Of a stretch of 64,000 bases of DNA, positions 52,908 to 62,817 are shown piece by piece. Positions within the stretch are counted from its first letter, which is position 1. Each line of letters opens with the position of its first letter. A model generated the notes under the pieces. It saw nothing but the letters and a program-made list of their open reading frames with translations, had not been told where the DNA came from and searched no databases. Made by a program: the position numbers and the translations under genes. The stretch spans positions 6,972 through 70,971 of the forward strand of contig JAHDYR010000011.1 of assembly GCA_019828565.1 (NCBI GenBank). The letters are read 5' to 3'. The stretch is from Carpediemonas membranifera BICM (taxonomy: Eukaryota > Protista > Fornicata).

Positions 52908-55904
52908 CTACAGCTTGGGCAGACCCGACTTGCCCAGGGACGGCGGCAGCACCGGCTTCTGGATTGGCGGCAGCACGAGCTTCCCGGACCCCTCACCGGT
53001 CGTGGAATGAACCGGGGGCGGCCGCACAACCACGTCGGAGGGCACTGGGACGTTCAACACAGGCCGCTCGATGAACTCGGACCTGTCCTCAGAAATGTCC
53101 AGAGGCACAGTGTGCATGTTAAGGTCAAGGTCATCGGCGGTGAGGAGGTCGGCGTTACCGTCAGCCTCGGCCCCAGCGTCAGTGTCGGCCTCGGCATCGT
53201 TGGGGATCAGAGGCATCTTGACGACCATAGCACGCTGCTTCTTCTGCTTTGCATCACCCTCCGTCGGCTTCTTCTTCTTCTTGGTCTTGCGATCGATGAA
53301 TCTCGCGGCACAGCAGGTGGAGAGGCAGTGGGCCATGCTCATCAGCGCCAGGCCGACCAGCAGCAGGAACAAGACGTTGCTCCAGCCGCGGCTCGTCTCG
53401 CACAGGCCATCGCTGACGATTCCGGCGACGTCGCCAACAACTGAGCATTCTGAGGCCTGGTCAGCGGCGACAGAGACATTGGACATGCGAATGGTGATGA
53501 CGCCCAGCGCCGTCTCGAGGTTGTTGGTAATGACGTCGGACATGCCCTGGGTGTCAATGACTTCAAGCGAGTTGTTGAGCTCGGCGATGGCGTCAATGAG
53601 GTCGGGCCGGAGGTTGTCGTTGACATCGTTGATCTGATTGTCAAGAGAAGTCAAAGTGGTCAACATATCAACGAGAATAGCGTCGATATCAATCTGAACT
53701 TGGTCGATCAGTCCTCTGATATCACTAAGATCTTTGAGTCCATCAACTCCGTTTCGCAGGTTAGTCGTATCCGGCGGTGCAGTGCTGCCCTCGATACAAG
53801 CAACGTACGCCTCTGAATACGCCAGGTTAGTCAGTTCATCGTCAGCCCAACTCAGCGCGAAGGAATCGTAGTCTGATTTCTCAGCGGAGCAAGCTGTACA
53901 GAAGTCTTCCGCGTTACAGTTGTCAGAGTAGTAAGCGGCCACCAGAGTCTGGAAGTCAGAGATTGCATCATTAGCTGAGCCAGCTGGGGTGTCCCATCCG
54001 AAGTTCGTGGGATCTGCAACATCGGTCCGTGATCCTGTAACATTTGCTTGGACCGTAGATATGTCTAGACCGCTAGAGCTCATGTCAATGCTCGTTTGGG
54101 AGGTCGCGTCCGACTGCATGTTCTGGATATCAGTCACGACCTCGTCGATTGACGCGTTCAGCTGCTTGACGATCTCTGCGTTGACCCCGAAAGATTCGAG
54201 GAACTGCGTCTCGTTGAAGGTCCGGAAGTAGTCGGCGAATGTCGCGCTGTCCGCGAGAGAAGGAATCGTGCCGCTGGTCGAAATAAAGTCGGACAGCAAG
54301 TCGGTGATCTTCTGCTCAACGTTAACAGTCGAGAGGTACGCCGGGTTGAAGATGGTCGAGACGGACGCGTCGCTGCAAGTCATCATGTCGGCAATCTTGA
54401 CCGCGTCGATAGAAATCGTCGTATCTATGCCGGCGTACTCGTTGATGAGGTCAGACAGGCCCTGCATGCCGATCAGGCCGGAGAAGAGGTCGGCCGTCCA
54501 CATCTTGCCGTTGTTGCAAGTCAGCGAGGCCACCTTCAGCGCAGGGACGGAGCCGGCGACAGCGATAATGAGCACGCCCGTTATGAGGAAGACGCAGCAC
54601 GACTGTATGTTCATGCACCACGTGCACTTGCAGCCGCCGAGCAGCCCGCCCGAGCAGCAGGCGGAGATGCAGCAGACGGCCGCCAGCAGGAGGATGCCGA
54701 GGACGACCGCGGTCACGACGATGCCAGGCCCAGTCACCGCCTCGGGCGTCCCGAAGATAGTAAGCGTGGCATCGACAACGAACGAAGGGACTCCGAGGCC
54801 GACAAGTTGCTGACCCAGTCCGGCTGGCGTCTCAGTCGCGAGCCACGCCAGCGAACCGAGCGTGTTCGTCGTGCGGTTGAGCGCGGTGCCGAGGCCGAGC
54901 GAGATGAGGACGCTGGCCGCCTCGATGTGTCGGATCTTGCTCTTCTCCTCGACGACGTCGGTGACGTTCTGCCGGACTGTCGTCAGGTCGAGCGAGTTGA
55001 TGGTGTCATAGACAGTGTTCAGTGGCGCGTGCAGGTCGGTGCCGATGCCGGGTGAGTAAACTGGCGAGTCGAAGCCGGTCGACGTGATTGCGGCCACGTC
55101 CGTCTTGAAAGTATCGATAGTGTTAGACAGCTCGGTCAGGTTCGTCTCGAGATAGACGATGGTGTCGTTGAGGTCGACTACGGCGGTCGACACGCCAGTC
55201 AGGTTCGAGGCAACATAGTCCATGCACTGGAACTGAGGGGCGAGCACGTTGATGGCGTCGGTCGGTTTGATGTACCGAAGCGCGTCGGACGCCTCAGGCA
55301 GCAGCTGGATCGTGCGCACCATGCCGTCGATGTTGTCGAGCACCGAGCTCTTGGCCGACACAGCGACACCGTACGGGCGCGTTGAGAGAGCGTACTGCGT
55401 GCTCGCCACGAGCCACAGCAGGGTGCCGGCGATAATTATCATGCAGGCACCGACAGCGCAGCCCGAACAGCACTGGCACTGCCAGATGAGGGCGAGGACC
55501 GGGTTGGGGAAGCGGGGACGGGGCAACTTGGGGAGCGTGAAGCACTCGATGCAGCACGCCGCGCAGCACAAGATGAAGATCAATGCGATGGCAATGAGGA
55601 GGCAGACAGCCAGCCAGACGGCGAAGGAGGGCACGTTGTTCAGGTCCGAGAGCGAGGTCTCGGGTCTGGGGCTGTAGAGGAACGAGGTGGAGTCCGTGAC
55701 GGTGTAGTCCGGGATCTTAGAGTACACGGTAGAGTTAGTGAGGTTGAAGGCGTTATCCAAGAACCATCCCTTCAGGTCGTAGCTCAACAAATTGATATTT
55801 TGCATCGAAGAAAAGAGCGTGTCGTCCAATAATGTGTTCAGTGATGAGAACACACTATCAGCGCTCACGGCAGCAACAAGAACTGCCAGTATTGCAAGCC
55901 ACAT
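52908..55904 (-). CDS. Prominin-like five-TM Cys-rich membrane protein
   Basis: Signal peptide, 5 TM helices with Cys clusters after TM1, TM3 and TM5, two large helical extracellular loops, cytoplasmic tail. Confidence 0.6.
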   Translation of the reverse strand: MWLAILAVLVAAVSADSVFSSLNTLLDDTLFSSMQNINLLSYDLKGWFLDNAFNLTNSTVYSKIPDYTVTDSTSFLYSPRPETSLSDLNNVPSFAVWLAVCLLIAIALIFILCCAACCIECFTLPKLPRPRFPNPVLALIWQCQCCSGCAVGACMIIIAGTLLWLVASTQYALSTRPYGVAVSAKSSVLDNIDGMVRTIQLLPEASDALRYIKPTDAINVLAPQFQCMDYVASNLTGVSTAVVDLNDTIVYLETNLTELSNTIDTFKTDVAAITSTGFDSPVYSPGIGTDLHAPLNTVYDTINSLDLTTVRQNVTDVVEEKSKIRHIEAASVLISLGLGTALNRTTNTLGSLAWLATETPAGLGQQLVGLGVPSFVVDATLTIFGTPEAVTGPGIVVTAVVLGILLLAAVCCISACCSGGLLGGCKCTWCMNIQSCCVFLITGVLIIAVAGSVPALKVASLTCNNGKMWTADLFSGLIGMQGLSDLINEYAGIDTTISIDAVKIADMMTCSDASVSTIFNPAYLSTVNVEQKITDLLSDFISTSGTIPSLADSATFADYFRTFNETQFLESFGVNAEIVKQLNASIDEVVTDIQNMQSDATSQTSIDMSSSGLDISTVQANVTGSRTDVADPTNFGWDTPAGSANDAISDFQTLVAAYYSDNCNAEDFCTACSAEKSDYDSFALSWADDELTNLAYSEAYVACIEGSTAPPDTTNLRNGVDGLKDLSDIRGLIDQVQIDIDAILVDMLTTLTSLDNQINDVNDNLRPDLIDAIAELNNSLEVIDTQGMSDVITNNLETALGVITIRMSNVSVAADQASECSVVGDVAGIVSDGLCETSRGWSNVLFLLLVGLALMSMAHCLSTCCAARFIDRKTKKKKKPTEGDAKQKKQRAMVVKMPLIPNDAEADTDAGAEADGNADLLTADDLDLNMHTVPLDISEDRSEFIERPVLNVPVPSDVVVRPPPVHSTTGEGSGKLVLPPIQKPVLPPSLGKSGLPKL

Positions 55905-56163
55905 GGTTCAAATTTTTGACGGTGACGTTCTTACCGACTCTTAGAGAGATACGCGGCCAAATATATATTTCGGTGTGTTGTGATGATTCGAGCGTATATG
56001 ACCTGTTGCGTGGCTCTAAGGTCAGAAACACAGCACTTTCACCACTGGTCAATTGTTTTCATAACTGAGACAACGGAGCAGGCCCCACTGAAATACCACC
56101 TTTCCAGTCATTGAAGCGGTATTTAAGATGCTCAGACGGCGTCAGCACTAGCGCAGGGTTATC

Positions 56164-57075
56164 ATGCTCGAGTCGAAAAGTGAACCTGAGAAGATGCGAG
56201 TGGTATGATCGCAGCCGCTATTTGTTACACAGGCATTCGCCTTGTTGGAAAAGAAGCTGAATTCTTCTCTCTATCGCCGCTTGGAAGAATATGCTGCCTC
56301 CACTGATAATCTTTCGACAGCTCCCTTCTCGGCCGACGAATCCGAGCCCAAATTCGATGTGATAGTGCAAAAGGTCAGCGATTGGATAGCTCGTGGAGAA
56401 GATGACCGCGTTTCAGCTGTGAAGAACCGCGCTATCCGCGACAAAGCCCCCATCATCGACCCCATCTCGACGAGCGAGACCATGATGTCCAGAGCAACCG
56501 TAGCGCGCCTAGTCGACCAAGCACTCGACCACTGTGCAGTGAAGGCACCAGAGTGGCGCCTGGTCGAGACAGAGGCCGACCGCGATGCCCTTTCCGACTC
56601 AGTGCGGTGGATCCTCAAGCCCGAGCTGGCCTGTGGCCTGGACAACAGCCACACGCTCTACATCACACAGAAGGGCGACCGTACGGCGATCAACTCTGCC
56701 CCACTGCCGTTCATCGCCCAGCGCATGGTAGCCCACAGAAACGCTGTCCACAAGGTCTACTACATCCAGGGCCACTGGTCCGAGTCCGCTCGGTCATCAA
56801 TTGATGGGATGAATGGATCATTCGACAGCCAGGCCCATGCCAGGAGCAGCGAGGCTGTGTCCACCGAGGCCCTGCCCGCTGAGGCCATACAGGCCGCGGG
56901 CGACTCGCTTTCGAAGACGCTTGGGCTATCGCTCTTCGGGTTTGATGTCCTGGTGGACGCTGTCGACTCTAGGCTGTACGTGGTGGACGTGAACTACTTT
57001 CCGTCGTTCAGTAACATGCCCGACTTCCCGGAGAGGTTTTTCAACATGTGCCGGATGAGATTGGACGAGAAGTAA
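56164..57075 (+). CDS. ITPK1: Inositol-tetrakisphosphate 1-kinase (ATP-grasp), intron 56203-56232
   Basis: MRV|AFALLEKK, ILKP..ACG...SH, Q..V.H...HKVY, GLSLFGFDV, YVVDVNYFPSF. The start may be 56194. Confidence 0.9.
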
Positions 57076-57658
57076 GAGGTTGGTTTGCTGTGGGACGCTT
57101 TGATCATAGCCAGAGCTTGAATGACGGGAGAAACCAAGGAAAGATGGTACGCCTCATGATCTGGCAGACCCAGCCGACCGCTGAAAGTGTTGGGACGAGC
57201 GAGGTCGACGAATTAGTGGCAGTGATGTTGTAAAGTGACACAACTATGCAATATTATGTGCTGCTAGACAACAGTAGTTGAGTGTTGATTGATCGTACTG
57301 ATGCTCTATGGGGATGCCAACAGCATCCCTTCTAACCCTGCTTGTAGGTAAAACCAATGGGGGGTAGAACATTTACTGGTCGTTTGAGGCTCAAACTGAT
57401 CGAATGTTCGCCCGGTTCGGGTTTGGACCGGGCCGTGCTGGTACGCACGAAGTAAACTCGTGTTTTCGAGCTTCTGTTCTCCTTGACTCCGAGCCAAAAT
57501 CGAGCGACCGAATTTTACGTCCGCGCTTCTCGCGCCGGAGTCGTGTCGGCGCAACTACGCGCCCTCTCACTCGCAGAGTACTCCTCGCTGACTACAGGCA
57601 GCTCGTGTCACCTCGGCGTGACGGCCGAAATATTTACACAGCTCAAAATATATGATAC

Positions 57659-57948
57659 TGGCACCACATCAGGTGTCTGAGATTTATCACCTCGGGTGAT
57701 GGGTTTTGGCGCAATGTGCAGGATAAGGACAATGCCAGAAGAGTTGTCGCTAGCAGCGACGGCGCCAGGACCGACGCTGGTCAAGGCCAGTGTACCTGCT
57801 CGTCAGGTAAGGCGAGCCAGTTCGACTTACCCAGAGAATGCCAGGTGGCGGTAAGTCCCGAATATTTACATAGCAAACCAGGGGTTTCTTGTAAATATTC
57901 TTCCCCCGTTGGAAAGACGTCGTATGTCATAAGGCTTGGTTATCAAGC
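57659..57948 (+). mobile_element. Mini YR-element unit E
   Basis: TGGC-N3-ACATC start, ATCACC-TCG-GGTGAT hairpin, CAAG-loop and GGTAAG-loop hairpins, CCCCCGTTGG..GTATGTC, terminal GCTTG-N5-CAAGC. Confidence 0.6.
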
Positions 57949-57989
57949 GATCCTGATCCGGTCCCGGCAGGTCGTGTAATCAAATCAGG

Positions 57990-58293
57990 ATGGCCAGTTC
58001 GAATGGCCGACGAGACTTCGGACGCGGGGCGCCTACCTCATTCTCAGATCGCGGCCGGAAACCGCCTCGCTCCGGCATGGTGATGCGCCGACCAGGCGAG
58101 CCGCGCAGTTTATGCGGGCAGAATGGTAGAAAATTCGGAACATCCAGATCCAACGGCACGATACTGGTCAAGACCGGTATATCCGCCCAGTAGGTAAGCT
58201 GGCCGGAGTCCCCTGATCGTTTACACTAGCTCTCTTCTTTAATAAACGATCGCCCCCCCCGTTGGGTAGAGCAAGTATGTCTAGAGGCTAGGA
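57990..58293 (+). mobile_element. Mini YR-element unit C, a non-autonomous relative of DIRS #1
   Basis: 58063-58158 is the reverse complement of 17231-17326 (1 mismatch); 58257-58293 is the reverse complement of 13720-13756 (identical). Left boundary approximate. Confidence 0.85.
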
Positions 58294-58344
58294 CTGGGTT
58301 AACCTGCGCGCAGGATAAGGAAAGCGATGCTTATACGTAAAATT

Positions 58345-58417
58345 CTCGGCCACCGGGACTCGAACCCGGGTCTTAAGAGTGAGAGTCTTATGTTCTAACC
58401 AGCTATACCATGGCCGA
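58345..58417 (-). tRNA. tRNA-Glu(CTC)
   Basis: Acceptor TCGGCCA/TGGCCGA plus G73; anticodon arm TAAGA-CTCTCAC-TCTTA; CCGGG-TTCGAGT-CCCGG; TTTT downstream. Confidence 0.96.
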
Positions 58418-61400
58418 ATTTACTTTCCCAGGTTGTCCGAACAACACGCGACTCCGCGGAACTTGGGGTAACCACTCTCGCGCAGGGGCAGGGGATGCGT
58501 TATGCGATGCGGCGATGGGGCGGGAGGCGCAGGGGGGCTCGGGGACGACGCAGCCTAGAGTGGCCGAGTCAGCCGAGTCGCGACTCCGGCACATTTCTGG
58601 TGAGGCGATTAGGGGCGAAGTTCGGCCCAGCGGGCCTTGCACTGAGTGACGTAGTCGCTCCAGACGGTCATGTTGCCCTCCCAAGTCTTGAGGAAGACCA
58701 GGTCGCGCATGGTTCCCGCCAGGTGCGGCCGTGCGATGGCGTCGCAAAACTGCACCGCCCAGTCCGCGGTCAGGCGGGACTCCGTGGCGCCGCCGACGGT
58801 GGTGGCGGCGACCAGGAAGGTGACGTCCCAGTTGGCGTACTCCTTGGTCTTCTCGAGCTCGGCGTCGCGGGGGTGCAGCCCGCAGTAGAAGTCCACGTAT
58901 ACATCATCGTGTACCGCGTTTCCGACCACGTCGCGCTCGCCCCAGACCTTGAGGTCGGCCCGCTTGTGTGTGGGCGCTGCGGCGTTGGTGACACGGAACT
59001 GTGGGTGTGTGTCGCGGAGGTCGACCTCTGGACGGCAACGGGGAATGGGCCGCCCGCGTAGGTCGTCCTGGGCTACCAGGTCGTGCACAGCCATCTTAAC
59101 GTGGTCGTGGCGTGCGGTAATGGCGCCTTCCTTGAGGTGGGCGCACCCTAAGGCGTGGCGCCACGTGACATCCTGCTGGCCACAAAGGGGACATGTGACC
59201 GGCATTTCGCGGAATGGGGCGACATTCAGGTGTGCCCGGGCGATTGGGACGAACGCGCTGTCGCATGAGACGTGCTCGAGGTCCAGGGGGCTCAGGCTGG
59301 CCTCCTTCCTGAGGATTCCGGCGGCGGGTGCGGTGAGGGAGCTGCAGTCGGTGAGGCCCTGGGAGACCTCCTCGGGGTCTAGACTGAAGTCGTGGGGTGT
59401 CTTGGGGCGGTAATTGGCCGTCCAGGTCTCTGCCAACATCGTTGTGAGGTTCTTCTGTGGCTTTTCAGCCTCGATGTCGAACAGGTCCTGGGTGGTCTTG
59501 GGCCACCTCTGGCACCCATTGGGAGCGAATAGCTCCTCCTCCATGGCCCTTGTGATGCCTAGGGCGTGCAGCTGGTGCGCTGCTCCTAAAAACGCACATT
59601 GCCAAATGAGAGAGGGAAGTGGAATCCGAAGCCCGTAGTCATCATAATCAAGTGCAAGGCGCTCTTTTGGGATATTTGAAACGTCCGTTTCTTGAAGTAT
59701 GCGGCCGATAACGGTTCTCAGCGTGTGTTCGAGCCTTTTGGTTCGGCATTCGTGCCCGATCGGGCTCACGTTGCGAAATACTGCTGAAGCCATCGGTAGA
59801 ACGCATGACCTGATCATGTTGATCGCTACGGCGGCTGCTTTTGGCCCCACGGTCTCCGTCATTTCTGCGACGCGTTCGAGCGCCTCCTCCATGCGCGTGA
59901 AGATATCATCCACTGCCTGGGAGATGCCGGCGTCGTCTCCTACGGGGATTCCCAACGCGCGTCCGCTCCGTCTGCCAAGTGATCCGGCCTTCGTCAGGAT
60001 GAGGCACTTCTGCCTGTTGACGCGCATACCAACGGCCTTGCATGCTGCTTCCACTCGCACGTAGAACGTCTCTATCGAGCGTTGGTCCGCGTGGGCGGGC
60101 AAGAGACCGTACAAGTCATCTTGGTACCCGAGAATGGTGGCGCTCGGGAGCTGAGACCGGAGGCTCTTCAGGATGGGCATCATTGCCAGCGTGAAGAGTG
60201 CGGGCGAGAGCGGGTCACCCTGGTGGATGCCCTCGCGGCTGTCAATGACCTTGCCAGTCGGCGTTAGCAGCTTGCCCTCTCTGTACATCGTAGTGAAGTA
60301 TGGGAGTGCGGCTGGGGCATAGGCCTGCAGTACTGCATGAAGGTGAGCCCGGGACACTGTGCCATACGCATTGGACATGTCCACAGCACAGACCTTGTGG
60401 CCCGACTCGTAGGCCTCGGCGATCTTGTTGGTCATGATGTCCAGGCCGCAGCTCTCACCCAGCCCATACTGCTCTGGGCAGACCCCATCGTCCCGGAGGC
60501 GGGCCGAGACGGCTGAGGCAAGGACCTTCGCGGCAAGGCGTCGGAGAGACTCGCCCATAGCGATGGGTCTGACGCGATCTTGGCCCTTTGGTAGCGCGAT
60601 GAGCCGTGCGTGCGCGAGGATGCTTGTGTACTCCTCTCCTGCGATGATATCTCTCACGAGAGGTAGCAGCGCCTGGACAAGCTTGCCTTTCCGCAGTCTG
60701 TGGGCCAGTTTGAGATGCAAGAAGCTCAGCCCGGATGGGCCCGGTGCCGAGTCCGCCCTCATCCTTCCTAGGGCTTCGTCAACCGCCTCGAACGTGATCT
60801 CAAAGGACGTCAGTGCGTCGGTGTGGGGTGTGAGTGCCGGTGTCTGGGGATCGTGAAGTGGGGTGGCCTGCATTTCCTCCAGCTTCTGGTCGATCTCTCC
60901 CGGTGTCAGTGTCATTTCCGCCGAAAGCAGGACCTTCATGGCGCTTGAATAGTACCCTGCGGCGGCCTTCGAGTATGCAGCTCGCTCCGGAGAGCGGGCC
61001 CGGAGAGAAAACGCCCTTCTTCCCAGGGCGGTATACGGTCCGCGCGTGCCGAAGGACGGCGGCTAGCGCCTCTCGCTTCCGACTCTCCGGGGCGTTGGCA
61101 AGGGCCACGAGCAGCTGGATCAGCCCGTTCACAAACCTGGCTGCCGCCTTTCGCGAGGGCTTTGATCGGCCGATACGGCCGGCTTCAGCTGGATGGGGAA
61201 GGAACGCCAGTTCGAGGGGCAGGTCGCCTGCGATGGGGTCAGTTGGTGGCATGGGGAGGAGTGCGGCTCTCGGTCTCCGCTGGGTCAGACTGGGTCTGGT
61301 GTGCGGTGGACCACCGGTTGTGGGGTCCTGCCGGAGTCCGCAGGCCTCCCTCATGAAGTAGACCAACCTTGGTGTGAACTCGCGGAACCCTTTCGGGAAG

Positions 61401-62804
61401 CTGTAGGGTGGCCGCCTGTCCGGCTCGTCAGCGAAAATGCCTTCCAGAAGCTGTGTCCAGCGTTCGCGTGACATCCTGTGGACGCCATTCTGCCCGCCGG
61501 ACACTTCTCCGACCCGGACTGCTGTCGTGAGTGTGGACCTTACCTGCTCGGCCGAGCCCCAATGAGACTCGACCAGGTGGGTCGGGATGTTTGCGGTGAA
61601 CCTATGCCGGAGTCGATCCAGCTTGGCAGGCTCAGCCACCCCTGGGTAGGCGTGGATGATGCTGGCCCAGGGTGCGCCTCCGTGATCTGGTTAAGAGCGC
61701 CAGGAGGGCCTGTGTACACAAATGTACGTGGTTCAGGGCCTTGGCTTGCCTGCGGCGGCGGGCGAAGGGGAGGGTTGGCTGAGTCACCACGGGCTTCGTG
61801 CCCGGTCTCTGACTCAGCTCTCTCCCCTTCCCCGTCTTCGACGCCCGCCAGGGAGAGGAACTCGGACACTGCGGTGTCGTCGATGTTCCTCTCCTCTGGC
61901 TGGGTGGGGGCAACCTGGGCGGGGGTCTGGCGCGTGGGCCTGTCACCCTGCGGGGCGGTTGCGGGCTGCGGCCCAGTTAGGGCGGCAGCGGAGTCGGTGG
62001 GGGCAGCCTGGGCAGGGGTGGTGTCGGTAGACCGGTCACCCTGCGGGGCGGTTGCGGGCTGCGGCCCAGTTAGGGCGGCAGCGGAGTCGGTGGGGGCAGC
62101 CTGGGCAGGGGTGGGGCTCGGGGGCCTATCACCCTGCTGTTGACGGTCTGCGCGGCCAGCAGCTACGCGACACGCGTATGCTTCTGCCTCGAGGAAGGCA
62201 GTGCGGTCTCGCGCAGGGCTTGCCGGGCGGGCCTCCTCGACACGGCTGATCAGTTGGGCGTATGACTGACGCCCGGTCTTGGCGCGGCGAGCGGCGATCT
62301 CGGACGGGCGGAGCGGACGAGGGTGCTCCCTCATGAGCTGCTCATCGGTCCTTCTGCCCCGTATCACGCGCTCGAGGGCCTCGTTGGCACGATCAATCGA
62401 GATCGTAGCAGTGAACACCTGGTTGGTGGCTGCGGCGTGAAGAAGTGAAGTGGCATTGGCGATGTGGTCATCACGGCGGGATGCCTTCGGCTTATGGCCT
62501 GGCCCGAAGCGGTTTGTGGCCGCATGAACGTAGTCCGTGATCAAAGAAAGGTTGTTGATCGTGAAGAAGCGTTTGTTGTCCGTCACAAGGCGCAATAAAC
62601 GATCTTTGTTCATACAAACCTCGATGAAGGCCTCAGCGTTCTTCGGCCACGAGCCTTTCGGGCAGTGCTGACGAATTTCGTCCATTACGCGCAGGAGCGC
62701 AGCGAACAGCGCTAGTTTCTGGTAATTCGTGTCACCTGGTCCTTCATCGGATGTATGGCAGGATTCTTCGCCTTGCGGCGGCGAATCGAGCAACTTTCCT
62801 CTGG
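58418..62804 (-). mobile_element. CRE-like RLE retrotransposon (Glu-A) inserted at the tRNA-Glu 5' end
   Basis: 3' end GTAAAT abuts tRNA +1; the 5' end is preceded by a copy of tRNA nt 1-13. Confidence 0.92.
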
Positions 62805-62811
62805 ATACCAT
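58609..62811 (-). pseudogene. Glu-A polyprotein split by two frameshifts (ORFs 61540-62847, 60800-61639, 58609-60939)
   Basis: APGPSG, RPIAMGESLRR, DMSNAY, GIHQGDPLSP, YQDD, CPLC..HALGC, RHD, RADL...YVD...K..EY. Confidence 0.88.
61905..62137 (-). repeat. 93-bp (31-aa) tandem repeat, about 2.5 copies, in the Glu-A linker
   Basis: QGDR....TPAQAAPTDSAAALTGPQPATAP repeated. Confidence 0.9.
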
Positions 62812-62817
62812 GGCCGA
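62805..62817 (-). repeat. Duplication of tRNA-Glu nt 1-13 (TCGGCCATGGTAT) between tandem elements
   Basis: Identical to 58405-58417. Confidence 0.92.

Noticed and set aside
57718-58321. 12-bp direct repeat GCAGGATAAGGA as a TSD
   Set aside because: The left copy lies inside mini unit E rather than at a boundary; more likely shared leader sequence or chance.
61905-62137. CRISPR-like array
   Set aside because: In-frame coding tandem repeat without unique spacers; eukaryotic context and no cas genes.
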